Virus record (IMG/VR): IMGVR_UViG_3300028025_001015
Span: 1-57,781 of that record
Direction: 5' to 3' (one strand)
From: a virus
Lineage: Duplodnaviria > Caudoviricetes
DNA length: 57,781 nt
A program made the translations under genes and the position numbers. Under the pieces are notes generated by a model. The model searched no databases and was not told the origin of the DNA. It worked only from the letters and a program-made list of their open reading frames with translations. Below, one piece after another: positions 8,432 through 16,451 of the stretch (its first letter is position 1; each line of letters begins with the position of its first letter).

Positions 8432-9095
8432 CCTGCTGAAACTGAACGTCAACGACCATACCGAAAAGAAGAATGGTCTGACCTACCTGTCATGGGCATG
8501 GGCATGGGCAGAGGCTTTGAAGGCCGACCCTGCCGCCTCATTCAACGTGCATGCCTTTGATGGCAAAGCGTACATGGATGTAAACGGCACGGGCTTGGTG
8601 TGGGTAACCGTCACCATGTTTGGAAAGCCAATGACCTGCATGCTCCCGGTGATGAACCACCGCAACCAGCCCATCCCGGCTCCCAATGCCTTTGAGGTCA
8701 ACACCGCCATCATGCGTTGCATGACCAAGGCGCTGGCTCTGCATGGGCTTGGCCTGTACATCTACAGCGGAGATGACCTCCCGATGCAGGAGGCAGAGGT
8801 CATCACAAAGGCTGATACAGCAGAGGTTGAGGCCATGGTAACCAAGGCCATCGAAAAGGCCGTGGAAACCGGGGATGCAGACCTTGCAAACAAGGAACTG
8901 TTTGCTGACGGGATGATCAAGTACTGTGATATTTGCAAGGATATGGGCGCATTGAAGTCTTACTGGAAGGCCAACCAAGGCCAACTGGATGACCTCAAGC
9001 GTTCACATAACGACCTTTACAAGAAGGTCTTGGCACACTTCACTAACGTGAAGGCAACTTTTAACGAAAAGGAAAAATCTGATGGAACCGTTTAA
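8418..9095 (+). CDS. Sak/Rad52-like ssDNA annealing protein (DUF1071-like)
   Basis: LTYLSWAWAW; LPVMNHRN; NTAIMRCMTKALALHGLGLYIY. AAGGAG SD before MNVIDLL. Confidence 0.88.
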   Translation: MNVIDLLKLNVNDHTEKKNGLTYLSWAWAWAEALKADPAASFNVHAFDGKAYMDVNGTGLVWVTVTMFGKPMTCMLPVMNHRNQPIPAPNAFEVNTAIMRCMTKALALHGLGLYIYSGDDLPMQEAEVITKADTAEVEAMVTKAIEKAVETGDADLANKELFADGMIKYCDICKDMGALKSYWKANQGQLDDLKRSHNDLYKKVLAHFTNVKATFNEKEKSDGTV

Positions 9096-9372
9096 ACAAA
9101 AAGCCGATGCTGGTCGCCTCATGGCCGCTGAATCGAAGATGTCCCAACTGTCCCCCGATTACTACGGGGAAATTGCAATCAACCTTAAGGACATGGCAAA
9201 TGTCCAGACGGTGGATGGATTGCATGTCTTCAAACTCAGCGGCTGGAAGAAACAGTCGAAGGCCGGTAAGACCTACCTGAGTATTGGCATCAAGCGCAAG
9301 GTTGCTGAGTCTGCAAAACCTGTGGCGAAGTCATCTGGGTTTGATGACATGGCCGATGACGTACCCTTTTGA
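9082..9372 (+). CDS. Putative single-stranded DNA-binding protein
   Basis: PDYYG...SGWKK..GKTYLS pattern; acidic C-terminal tail DDMADDVPF; follows exonuclease and annealase. Confidence 0.75.
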   Translation: MEPFKQKADAGRLMAAESKMSQLSPDYYGEIAINLKDMANVQTVDGLHVFKLSGWKKQSKAGKTYLSIGIKRKVAESAKPVAKSSGFDDMADDVPF

Positions 9373-9375
9373 GGA

Positions 9376-9699
9376 GTGAGCATGAAAAAACCACGCCCCC
9401 TATCAGCACAAGGCCGCATCCGGGCCTTTGTCAAATCAAACCCCAATGCATCCACCGCAGAAATTTGTGCGGCAGTTAACGTCAAGCCACAGGACGTTCA
9501 CAACTTCACCTACAAGTTAAAGCAAGTTTTGCTACCTGCGATTGAAGACAGAGGCGTTCCAATCATTCGCCATGAGGTCATCATGCTCCACCGGGAGGTG
9601 GACAACCTCAAGCACCAGATGGTTGGCTATCAGGCTGTGATTTCCTACCTGGAAAACCAGCTTGGCATGAAGAGCACACGCCATGGCTCTCCAGTTTGA
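9376..9699 (+). CDS. hypothetical protein (possible HTH plus coiled coil)
   Basis: ORF track; GAGGAG SD. Confidence 0.6.
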   Translation: MSMKKPRPLSAQGRIRAFVKSNPNASTAEICAAVNVKPQDVHNFTYKLKQVLLPAIEDRGVPIIRHEVIMLHREVDNLKHQMVGYQAVISYLENQLGMKSTRHGSPV

Positions 9700-10075
9700 G
9701 GCCCGTAAGGTTGCTTTGAAGCAGGACAGGACAGGATTTATCCTGACCTTGTCCTTGCACCCTGACGAAATCCCAGAGGAACTCCTACGGGACTTTGTCG
9801 GGACACGGTACGCATGTGCCGTGGTTCGGATTCAAGATGATGAGTCTGCCACCCAGTACAACAACAGAGTCCAGAGGGCTGGGATGTTGTGCAAGGATAC
9901 AAATTTCCAAGAATTCATAGGGTTTGAAACCGAAGATTCCGCTGCCGCAGAACTGTGTAAACGATGTGGGATTGTGTCCCGCTCCGAGTTGTACGGTAAC
10001 GAGGTGGCGAAGGAATTGTTTGATGACCTGTTGAAAGAATTTGAAAGTTGGAAAGCCGACCATGACCCCTTCTAA
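9683..10075 (+). CDS. hypothetical protein
   Basis: ORF track; overlaps neighbours in the operon. Confidence 0.7.
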   Translation: MALQFEARKVALKQDRTGFILTLSLHPDEIPEELLRDFVGTRYACAVVRIQDDESATQYNNRVQRAGMLCKDTNFQEFIGFETEDSAAAELCKRCGIVSRSELYGNEVAKELFDDLLKEFESWKADHDPF

Positions 10076-10370
10076 AAAAATACCATTCCTGTCGTACCTT
10101 GAACCGGGTGAATACACCATGCTCAAGAAGTACTCCGCTCAGACAAAGACCCCCATGACGCAATTGATGAGGGAGGCTGTGACCATGCGGGTTTCCTCTG
10201 GTGAGCAGTACCTGAACGGATACAACAATGGCATCACCAAGGCCATTGATGTACTCAAGGCCAATCAAGCGTCCAACATGCGTTTCCCGTCAGGCAGATC
10301 GTTTGGCGAAATCATTGAGGATGACCTGCTCAAGGAAATGCTGACAAAGGTTCCACATGAAGCCACTTAA
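10062..10370 (+). CDS. Putative ribbon-helix-helix-like DNA-binding protein
   Basis: PFLSYL...LKKYS...MTQLMREAV pattern; start uncertain. Confidence 0.5.
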   Translation: MTPSKKIPFLSYLEPGEYTMLKKYSAQTKTPMTQLMREAVTMRVSSGEQYLNGYNNGITKAIDVLKANQASNMRFPSGRSFGEIIEDDLLKEMLTKVPHEAT

Positions 10371-10569
10371 CGGGGATCGAAACCAGTGCCAGGGATGCAA
10401 GGAATATTTCAACAGCACATTTGCTTTTGACAAGCACCGCATTGGGCAGTTTGGAATCGACCGCAGATGCATGACCACGGAGGAGATGGAGGCCAAGGGA
10501 ATGTGTGTAAACGCCCATGGCTTCTGGGTTGGTAAACAAATGGATTGGAATCCAAAGGAGACAGCATGA
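10357..10569 (+). CDS. FDxHR-type zinc-binding protein
   Basis: CQGC...FDKHR...RC motif. Confidence 0.7.
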   Translation: MKPLNGDRNQCQGCKEYFNSTFAFDKHRIGQFGIDRRCMTTEEMEAKGMCVNAHGFWVGKQMDWNPKETA

Positions 10570-11606
10570 AGACAAAACTGAAGGCCGTGCCACCTGCCAC
10601 GACTTATAGGCCCAAGAGCATTCTTGACCCTGCGTTTAAATACACGCCCTCTGCGGCTACTGATGTCCGGGCAACGTGGGCAAGGTTTGGTTGGACACCA
10701 ATTGTAAGGAACAAGAATGAAAGCAGTTCTTGAGTTCACCTACCCGGAAGATCAGGACAAACTGCGTCATGCTTTAAACGGGTCAAAGGCAGTTGGCGCA
10801 TTGATCGACATTCAACTAACGGTGCGTAGCTACTTCAAACATGATGCCGACCCATTGATGGTGCTGGCACTGGTCAGGGACTTAACCAACACGGCTTTAA
10901 ACGAGTGCGGGGAGGAATGATGGAGACGATTCTTGCAACGATTATCTTGGGCGGCGTTGGGTTCATTGTCTGCGGTCTTGTGTTTGTTGGGTTGATGCAC
11001 CTGTGGTTCTGGATGGATGAGAACGAGAGGGGGGATAGATGAGAAAGATATGGTTCATCACCGATGACTACGGCGACCTGATTAGGTTTGTCGTGACTGC
11101 CAGCGGTGTGCGCTTTTGGTATCCCGCAGTGGACAGGAAAACCCATGCGCTGTTTGCGTCATGGGGCGATGTAGATGAATGGGGTTCACCCAAGGAGAAG
11201 AACACATGACATTCCAAGAACAGATCAAAGCATTGCCCGAAGCGGAGAGGTTAAAGTTTTTCCGGCAAATCATGGAGGTGGTAGACGCAGGCCGCAAGGC
11301 AGGTGTACCGCCAGAACAGTGGGCAAAGGAATACACAGATATATACAAAAACATTGAGGTGAAGGCATGAAACCAACCGCATGGTTTGACCCGTCTAACG
11401 GCGTGGTCAGCACAGACAGGGATTCACCGTTGTTTACACCGCTTGGTCAGGTGTGGCCTTTGTATCTAAAGCATGAGTGGGTAGGGCTGACGGATGAGGA
11501 GGTCAGCGCAATTATAAGCAAGGTAATTGGGTTTAACAGTTGTGCTGGATGGGAAGAAGATTACGCCCGAGCTATTGAGCAAGCCTTGAAGGAGAAGAAC
11601 ACATGA
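10566..11606 (+). other. Cluster of six small coupled hypothetical ORFs (10566-10733, 10717-10920, 10917-11042 with one TM helix, 11039-11209, 11206-11370, 11367-11606)
   Basis: Successive stop/start overlaps with SD motifs; some ORFs were translated manually. Confidence 0.65.
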
Positions 11607-12271
11607 AAAATTGTTTTACAAACGCCACGGTAATGTGGAACGAACGAGAAATTTTGCGCCGTGAATCATTGGTGCGTGAAATCCCTGCAATGCTGCTTGA
11701 TGTGTGGCGTGGCTTGAACCCTGCGGTTCAAATGGAGCGTGTGGAAACTCCCGTTTTAACCCCCGCCGAATACTTAGCCGGGCACATTGAAGCTAAGTTT
11801 GATTTGATTAACGCTGGTCGCCGAGGCTACCTGCGGCCTGAAACTACAGCAGGAACCTTTGAGGCCATGCGTTTGCGGTATGACCAAGAGGCGCAAATGA
11901 AGAAGCGTTTACCTATGTGCTTGTGGCAGGTGGGGTTGAGTTTTAGGGATGAGGAGAATCCCGACACAATGCGGGCCAGCAAGTTGCGGTTAGTGCAGTT
12001 CTATCAAATGGAGTTTCAGTTGTTTGCAAGCCACGGAAGTAAAGCGCCGTATCTTGAAACTGCGCTGGAGGCGCTGGTGAAAACGTATGGTGGAACCTAC
12101 GAACCCGCCGATGAGTTGCCGCACTATAGCGAGAAGACATTGGATTGGCACATTGGTGGCCTTGAGGTTGCGGGTTGTTCTGTCCGCAAAGATTGGGCGC
12201 ACGGCACAGTGTTTGAGGTCGCTATTGGTGTTGACAGATTGGTGGCACTACAAATGCAGGAGAAGGCATGA
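11603..12271 (+). CDS. Miniature glycyl-tRNA synthetase-like protein (class II catalytic core only)
   Basis: YLRPETTAG; motif 2 QVGLSFRDE...R..QFYQMEFQ; ELPHYS; EVAGCSVR.D; motif 3 EVAIGVDR. No anticodon-binding domain. Confidence 0.8.
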   Translation: MKNCFTNATVMWNEREILRRESLVREIPAMLLDVWRGLNPAVQMERVETPVLTPAEYLAGHIEAKFDLINAGRRGYLRPETTAGTFEAMRLRYDQEAQMKKRLPMCLWQVGLSFRDEENPDTMRASKLRLVQFYQMEFQLFASHGSKAPYLETALEALVKTYGGTYEPADELPHYSEKTLDWHIGGLEVAGCSVRKDWAHGTVFEVAIGVDRLVALQMQEKA

Positions 12272-12552
12272 CCGAGCGATTGATTGCAAAGCTGGACAGG
12301 CTTGGTGCTGAAGCTGGCATAAAAGAAATGACCCCTGAGATATACCAATTTGCACAGCTATTGAACGATGAAAAGATGAAGCAGTGGGATGAGTGGAGGG
12401 CCAAGCGGGAATGGGTTGGGCTGACGGATGAGGAGTTGCATGAGGCTTGTTGGGAAAGCTATGTTGACCCTGTAACTGGGGAATGTTCGACTGGAGATCG
12501 TGAATACGCAGTGCGCTGGACTGAAGCCAAACTCAAGGAGAAGAACACATGA
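12268..12552 (+). CDS. hypothetical protein (WVGLTDEE...KEKNT family)
   Basis: Shares motifs with ORF 11367-11606. Its N-terminus resembles ORF 12769-12963 (RL...LDRL.AEAG). Confidence 0.65.
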   Translation: MTERLIAKLDRLGAEAGIKEMTPEIYQFAQLLNDEKMKQWDEWRAKREWVGLTDEELHEACWESYVDPVTGECSTGDREYAVRWTEAKLKEKNT

Positions 12553-12776
12553 CTGACGAGCAGTATGAGCAGTTAAGTTCCCGGCAACCAACTTTTGCTG
12601 TTCGGTCGCTGGCAAATGACCCCGACTACACCAAGTGTCCACGGTGTTGGCACTACACACATGAGGGACTGCACAACCACGATGGTCTGTGCGACAGGTG
12701 TTGCCGAGTGTTGATTGACCACTACCCCAACCATGAAAGCGTTGCACATATTTTAAAAAGGAGAGAGCATGACTAA
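12549..12776 (+). CDS. IleRS C-terminal-type zinc-finger protein
   Basis: KCPRCWHY...LCDRC matches the bacterial IleRS C-terminal Zn-finger pattern. Confidence 0.65.
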   Translation: MTDEQYEQLSSRQPTFAVRSLANDPDYTKCPRCWHYTHEGLHNHDGLCDRCCRVLIDHYPNHESVAHILKRREHD

Positions 12777-14441
12777 ACGACTGGAAACAAATTTAGACCG
12801 GCTTGCCGCCGAAGCTGGCGTTGAGTTGACCCCTGCGATACGCCGCTTTGCATGGCTTGTGACCCAAGACGCACTGCAAGGGTTTTGGAAAGCAGCCCAA
12901 CACTATGCAGAGTTTGAGCAGGAGAAGGTGAATAGATTTTTGAAGGAGAAATGGAATGATTGAACCAGAAGACGAAGCATTTGAGCAGTTGGCCTTGAAG
13001 CAGGGCCAATGGGAACACACCAGCGGCTGGCGCAAGAAGCAGATCGCACACATGGATGTGCATTCACATCCCGCTGAGTTTGTACACCTACACCGCAACG
13101 ACACGATCGAAGAGGTGGCAAAGGAGTTGGAGACAAAGTTCACTTTGCCGTTCGGTCGTGACACGGTGCAGAGCTTTGTTGCATACATCCGGGGGATGAA
13201 GCGATGAACATCTCCGCACAGAACAAATTTGATTTGGCCTTGCACGATGTACCGCTGTGCGCCATCTGCAACAAGCCAGTGGAGCGCATGGAGTCCTTGT
13301 ATGACATTAACAAATATCAAAAGGTGTTTCGTGTTTTTTGCCACGGACAAATGGAGGAGGCGTTTCTCAACGACATGGATATTTGGAACGCAGACAGCAT
13401 CCGCATGGGCCAAGCGTTTGTTGACAAGCTACCGCAACCACAACTGGAGATGAAGCAATGAGCGATCACCAAGCGGATGCGGCTAGGTACACATTCTTTA
13501 ATCAGCCCAAGGCGGTAGGTTGGTGGTTACTCCCTGGCGGTGTAAACGGCATTGGGGTTAACTGGCCTTGCTACAAGAAACCCCGCTGGCTCACCATCAA
13601 GCTGATGGATTGGTTGTTGGAGTTTAAATACAAGGAGTCAGTATGAAAGCACCACCAGGAAAAGGCGCTTGCCTAATGATGGCAAAGATCACCTACCCCC
13701 GCAATGAACAAGTCAGTTGGAAATGGTTGCTTGCATGGGGCTTCTACGATATGTATGTTGATGGATGGTATGGAGCAAAAGCATGACACAAGAAGCATTG
13801 GCGTTTAAATCTTGGTTGGCTTGGTATTCGTCACCGCCAGAAAACTGGAATGAAAAATATGGGGATGCGTTTGTTTGGACAGCGCAAGAAAAAGCATTGA
13901 TTCAACAACTTAAGGAGAAGCAGAATGAACAGTGATCAGAAGTTTTGGCTTGGCATCTGGGGCATGGTGCTGGCGTTCCTCATGGGAGGCATTTCGTGTG
14001 CCACAGTCTTGGCGTGGCACAAGCTCGACAAGTGGGACAAGGCCGTGAGCAACGGTGCAGACCCGATGGTCGTGACTTGTGCGCTGGATGGTCACGCCGC
14101 AAGCACCGCAATTTGCACAATCTTGGCACAAGGGCGCAAATGAGACCAGAAAAAATATTCCACGCAGTGATGCGAAGCAGAGGCTACATCGACACCGACT
14201 TCAAGATGGAGAAAGGCAGGTATGTAAACGCCGCCATGCAGACCAGATGGAACTATTTCCTGCTGGGCTGGGAGATGCGGGGTGCGGCGTGATTGAGCCT
14301 GTCCGCACATGGCAGACAAGGGAATCAGGTGACAGCACAAAAGTCACAAGCGGTCAGACATGGCGTTGCACCAAATGCAATTTATTTTTTCAAAACAGGA
14401 GTACAGCCAACGAACACAAATGCACGCAACCCGAGGTTTAA
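12769..14441 (+). other. Cluster of small coupled hypothetical ORFs (12769-12963, 12956-13207, 13204-13461, 13458-13646, 13643-13786, 13783-13935, 13925-14143 with a TM helix, 14140-14292, 14289-14441 with a C2HC finger)
   Basis: Continuous chain of overlapping stop/start codons with SD motifs. Confidence 0.65.
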
Positions 14442-14466
14442 ACAATAATTTTTTTTGGAGTGAACA

Positions 14467-15168
14467 ATGAAACGAGAAAATATCCCTGGTGTATCGCACA
14501 ACGAAAACTGCGTTATTTCACCACCTAAGTTTGCAACTGTTGATTTCATCATTGAGGGTGTTGCCCCACTGGTGATTGAGCGGTTCAGTAAAAAAGCTGA
14601 ACTCATGGCAAAGATGGCCGAAGGCAAGTCCGCTGGAAACAGAAAGGTTCGGGACGCAAGGGACTATGAGAAAGAGGCAGAGGATGCCCGGTATCGCAGT
14701 CACGAAGGGTGGGAGGGAATGAATGCCGCCGCATTCCGTTGCGCCATGATTTCTGCTTGTCGATTGGTTGGGTTCAAGATGACCCTTGCCAAGTTGTCTA
14801 CCTTCATTGAGGCTGATGGATACGATGCACAAGACGGCATCCCTTTAGTTCGTGTTTATGGTGAGAGCAAAACCTACACGGCCCACACAAGGAATGCCAC
14901 TGGCGTGGTCGATGTCCGGTCACGCCCAATGTATAGCAAATGGGCATGCAAAGTTCGGGTTCGATTTGACATGGATCAGTTTAAGACTGTTGATGTGCTA
15001 AATCTGTTGAGCCGTTGTGGTCTGCAAGTGGGCATTGGTGCTGGCCGTCCTGATAGTAAGGCCAGTGCTGGCTGTGGGTTTGGTTTGTTCCAAGTAGTTT
15101 CTTCTGATCGTGAACAAGAAGTTCGCAGTAAATTTTCTATTTCAGGTGAATCAAAGAGTTTTGTTTAA
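14467..15168 (+). CDS. Stand-alone Cas7/RAMP-like (RRM-fold) protein
   Basis: N-terminal strand FIIEGVAPLVI; helix MNAAAFRCAMISA (compare RAMP P.SS.KG..R); C-terminal glycine-rich loop GLQVGIGAGRP...GCGFGLFQV. GGAG SD. Confidence 0.72.
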   Translation: MKRENIPGVSHNENCVISPPKFATVDFIIEGVAPLVIERFSKKAELMAKMAEGKSAGNRKVRDARDYEKEAEDARYRSHEGWEGMNAAAFRCAMISACRLVGFKMTLAKLSTFIEADGYDAQDGIPLVRVYGESKTYTAHTRNATGVVDVRSRPMYSKWACKVRVRFDMDQFKTVDVLNLLSRCGLQVGIGAGRPDSKASAGCGFGLFQVVSSDREQEVRSKFSISGESKSFV

Positions 15169-15172
15169 ACAA

Positions 15173-15487
15173 GGCAGGCAAGGCGGGGAACGGCTGGGCC
15201 GGGACGGGATCGGTCAGGATCGGCAGGCGGAGCGAGGCAAGGTTTGGCATGGTGAGGTCTGGTTAGGCTGGACAAGGCAGGCATGGCACGGATAGGCGAG
15301 GAAAGGTCAGGTGGGGCAAGGCAGGCGTAGCCAGGATAGGCGGGGCATGGCGGAGTGAGGCAGGCGTGGATGGGTCTAGCAGGGATCGGCTGGGCAAGGC
15401 CGGGTAATGAAAGGCAGGCGTGGCAAGGTGCGTTGAGGTGTGGTGGAGTTTGGTAAGGCAGGCATGGATCGATTGGGTACAGCAGGC
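15173..15487 (+). ncRNA. Pentamer-periodic array: 7 units of GGCA+(GGH-NN)n; putative guide-RNA array
   Basis: GGCAGGC at 15173, 15222, 15276, 15320, 15359, 15413 and 15457, then AGCAGGC at 15481. Spacings 49/54/44/39/54/44/24 all equal 5n+4. 47 of 56 triplets are GG(C/T/A). The region is intergenic. Confidence 0.8.
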
Positions 15488-15507
15488 ATTTTTAACAAGG
15501 AGAAAAC

Positions 15508-15966
15508 ATGAAAGACGAAAAAGATTTTTTGGAACAGATGGCACGACAGAACAATGGCGTGTTGATGGTTGACGATGTAATTGAAGCGGCAAAGGATGAA
15601 AGTTGTGTGCTACACAAGCACTTTGAATGGGACGATAACGAAGCGGCAAGACAATTCCGCAAGGATCAGGCAAGGTCGTTAATTCAAAGATGCCGAATTA
15701 CATTGCTTGATCGTTCCCCGTCTCACATTCGGGCATTTGTCAGCTTGCCATCAGACAGAGAAAGTGGTGGCGGGTATAGGCTCACGCTCAATGTTTTAAA
15801 CGATGAGTATATGAAGGCTGAACTTATACACGATATTGAACTGACCATTGCCAGATGGAAGGGCAAGCTACATCTGCTAGATTCAGATTTGGTGGAATTG
15901 CTTGAGCAAATGGATGATGCAATCAAACGGCGCAAACCCATGCAAATTGAAGCAGCGTCAGTTTAA
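15508..15966 (+). CDS. Helical hypothetical protein, putative partner of the RAMP-array module
   Basis: AAGGAG SD directly after the array; motif VIEAAK...LHKHFEWDD..AA..FR..QAR.LI. Confidence 0.75.
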   Translation: MKDEKDFLEQMARQNNGVLMVDDVIEAAKDESCVLHKHFEWDDNEAARQFRKDQARSLIQRCRITLLDRSPSHIRAFVSLPSDRESGGGYRLTLNVLNDEYMKAELIHDIELTIARWKGKLHLLDSDLVELLEQMDDAIKRRKPMQIEAASV

Positions 15967-15978
15967 ACAGGAGAAGAA

Positions 15979-16158
15979 ATGAAATGCCCTCAATGTGGAG
16001 TTGAAACGGTGGTTGTACGAAGTGAACGCAAGATAAATGCCCGTGTAAACAGAGTCCGGGAATGCTTCAACGAACACCGCTTCAACACCCTTGAACAACC
16101 AACCAGCGCCCCAAGGGATAAGCACAAGCGCCGTGGACGGCCAAAGAAAAACCCATAA
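15979..16158 (+). CDS. NrdR-N/Ogr-like zinc ribbon with a C-terminal AT-hook
   Basis: Manual translation MKCPQCG...RVRECFNEHRFNTLE...KRRGRPKK; AGGAG SD. Confidence 0.7.
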   Translation: MKCPQCGVETVVVRSERKINARVNRVRECFNEHRFNTLEQPTSAPRDKHKRRGRPKKNP

Positions 16159-16451
16159 TGTACCGTAACCAGAAACTTCTTGAAATTGTCCGGGAGTCAC
16201 CCTGTCAGCTATGCGGAGTCGAGGATGGCACGATAGTGGCCGCTCACTCCAACCAGCTACGGGACGGCAAGGGCCGTGGATTGAAGGCCCACGATTACCG
16301 CATTGCGGCGCTCTGTTACCACTGCCATATGGAAATCGACCAGGGTAAGTCGATGTCCAAGGAGATGCGTTTAAACGCTTGGGATGAAGCTCACCGAAAA
16401 ACTATTGGGTGGTTGTTTGAGTTCAATCACCTGAAGCTATCATCTTTTTGA
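16158..16451 (+). CDS. DUF1364/DUF968-like HNH-fold zinc-binding protein
   Basis: CQLCG...AAHSN...GRGLKAHD...LCYHCH..ID. Confidence 0.7.
   Translation: MYRNQKLLEIVRESPCQLCGVEDGTIVAAHSNQLRDGKGRGLKAHDYRIAALCYHCHMEIDQGKSMSKEMRLNAWDEAHRKTIGWLFEFNHLKLSSF

Larger units (their letters stand above)
11192..12552 (+). repeat. Dispersed repeats: AAGGAGAAGAACACATGA (11192, 11589, 12535) and TGGGTwGGGCTGACGGATGAGGAG (11478, 12412)
   Basis: Direct sequence identity; the repeats encode KEKNT* and WVGLTDEE. Confidence 0.85.

Noticed and set aside
15173-15487. Array as a canonical CRISPR, a simple microsatellite or just a G-quadruplex
   Set aside because: There are no 23-50-nt repeats with spacers. The NN positions are too diverse for slippage. 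GG runs could form two-tier G4s, but that does not explain the strict 5n+4 phasing or the adjacent RAMP-like gene.
15110-15673. ORFs 15110..15295 (+) and 15263..15673 (-) across the pentamer array
   Set aside because: These are low-complexity translations of a period-5 G-rich repeat. They have no SD and overlap better-supported genes.
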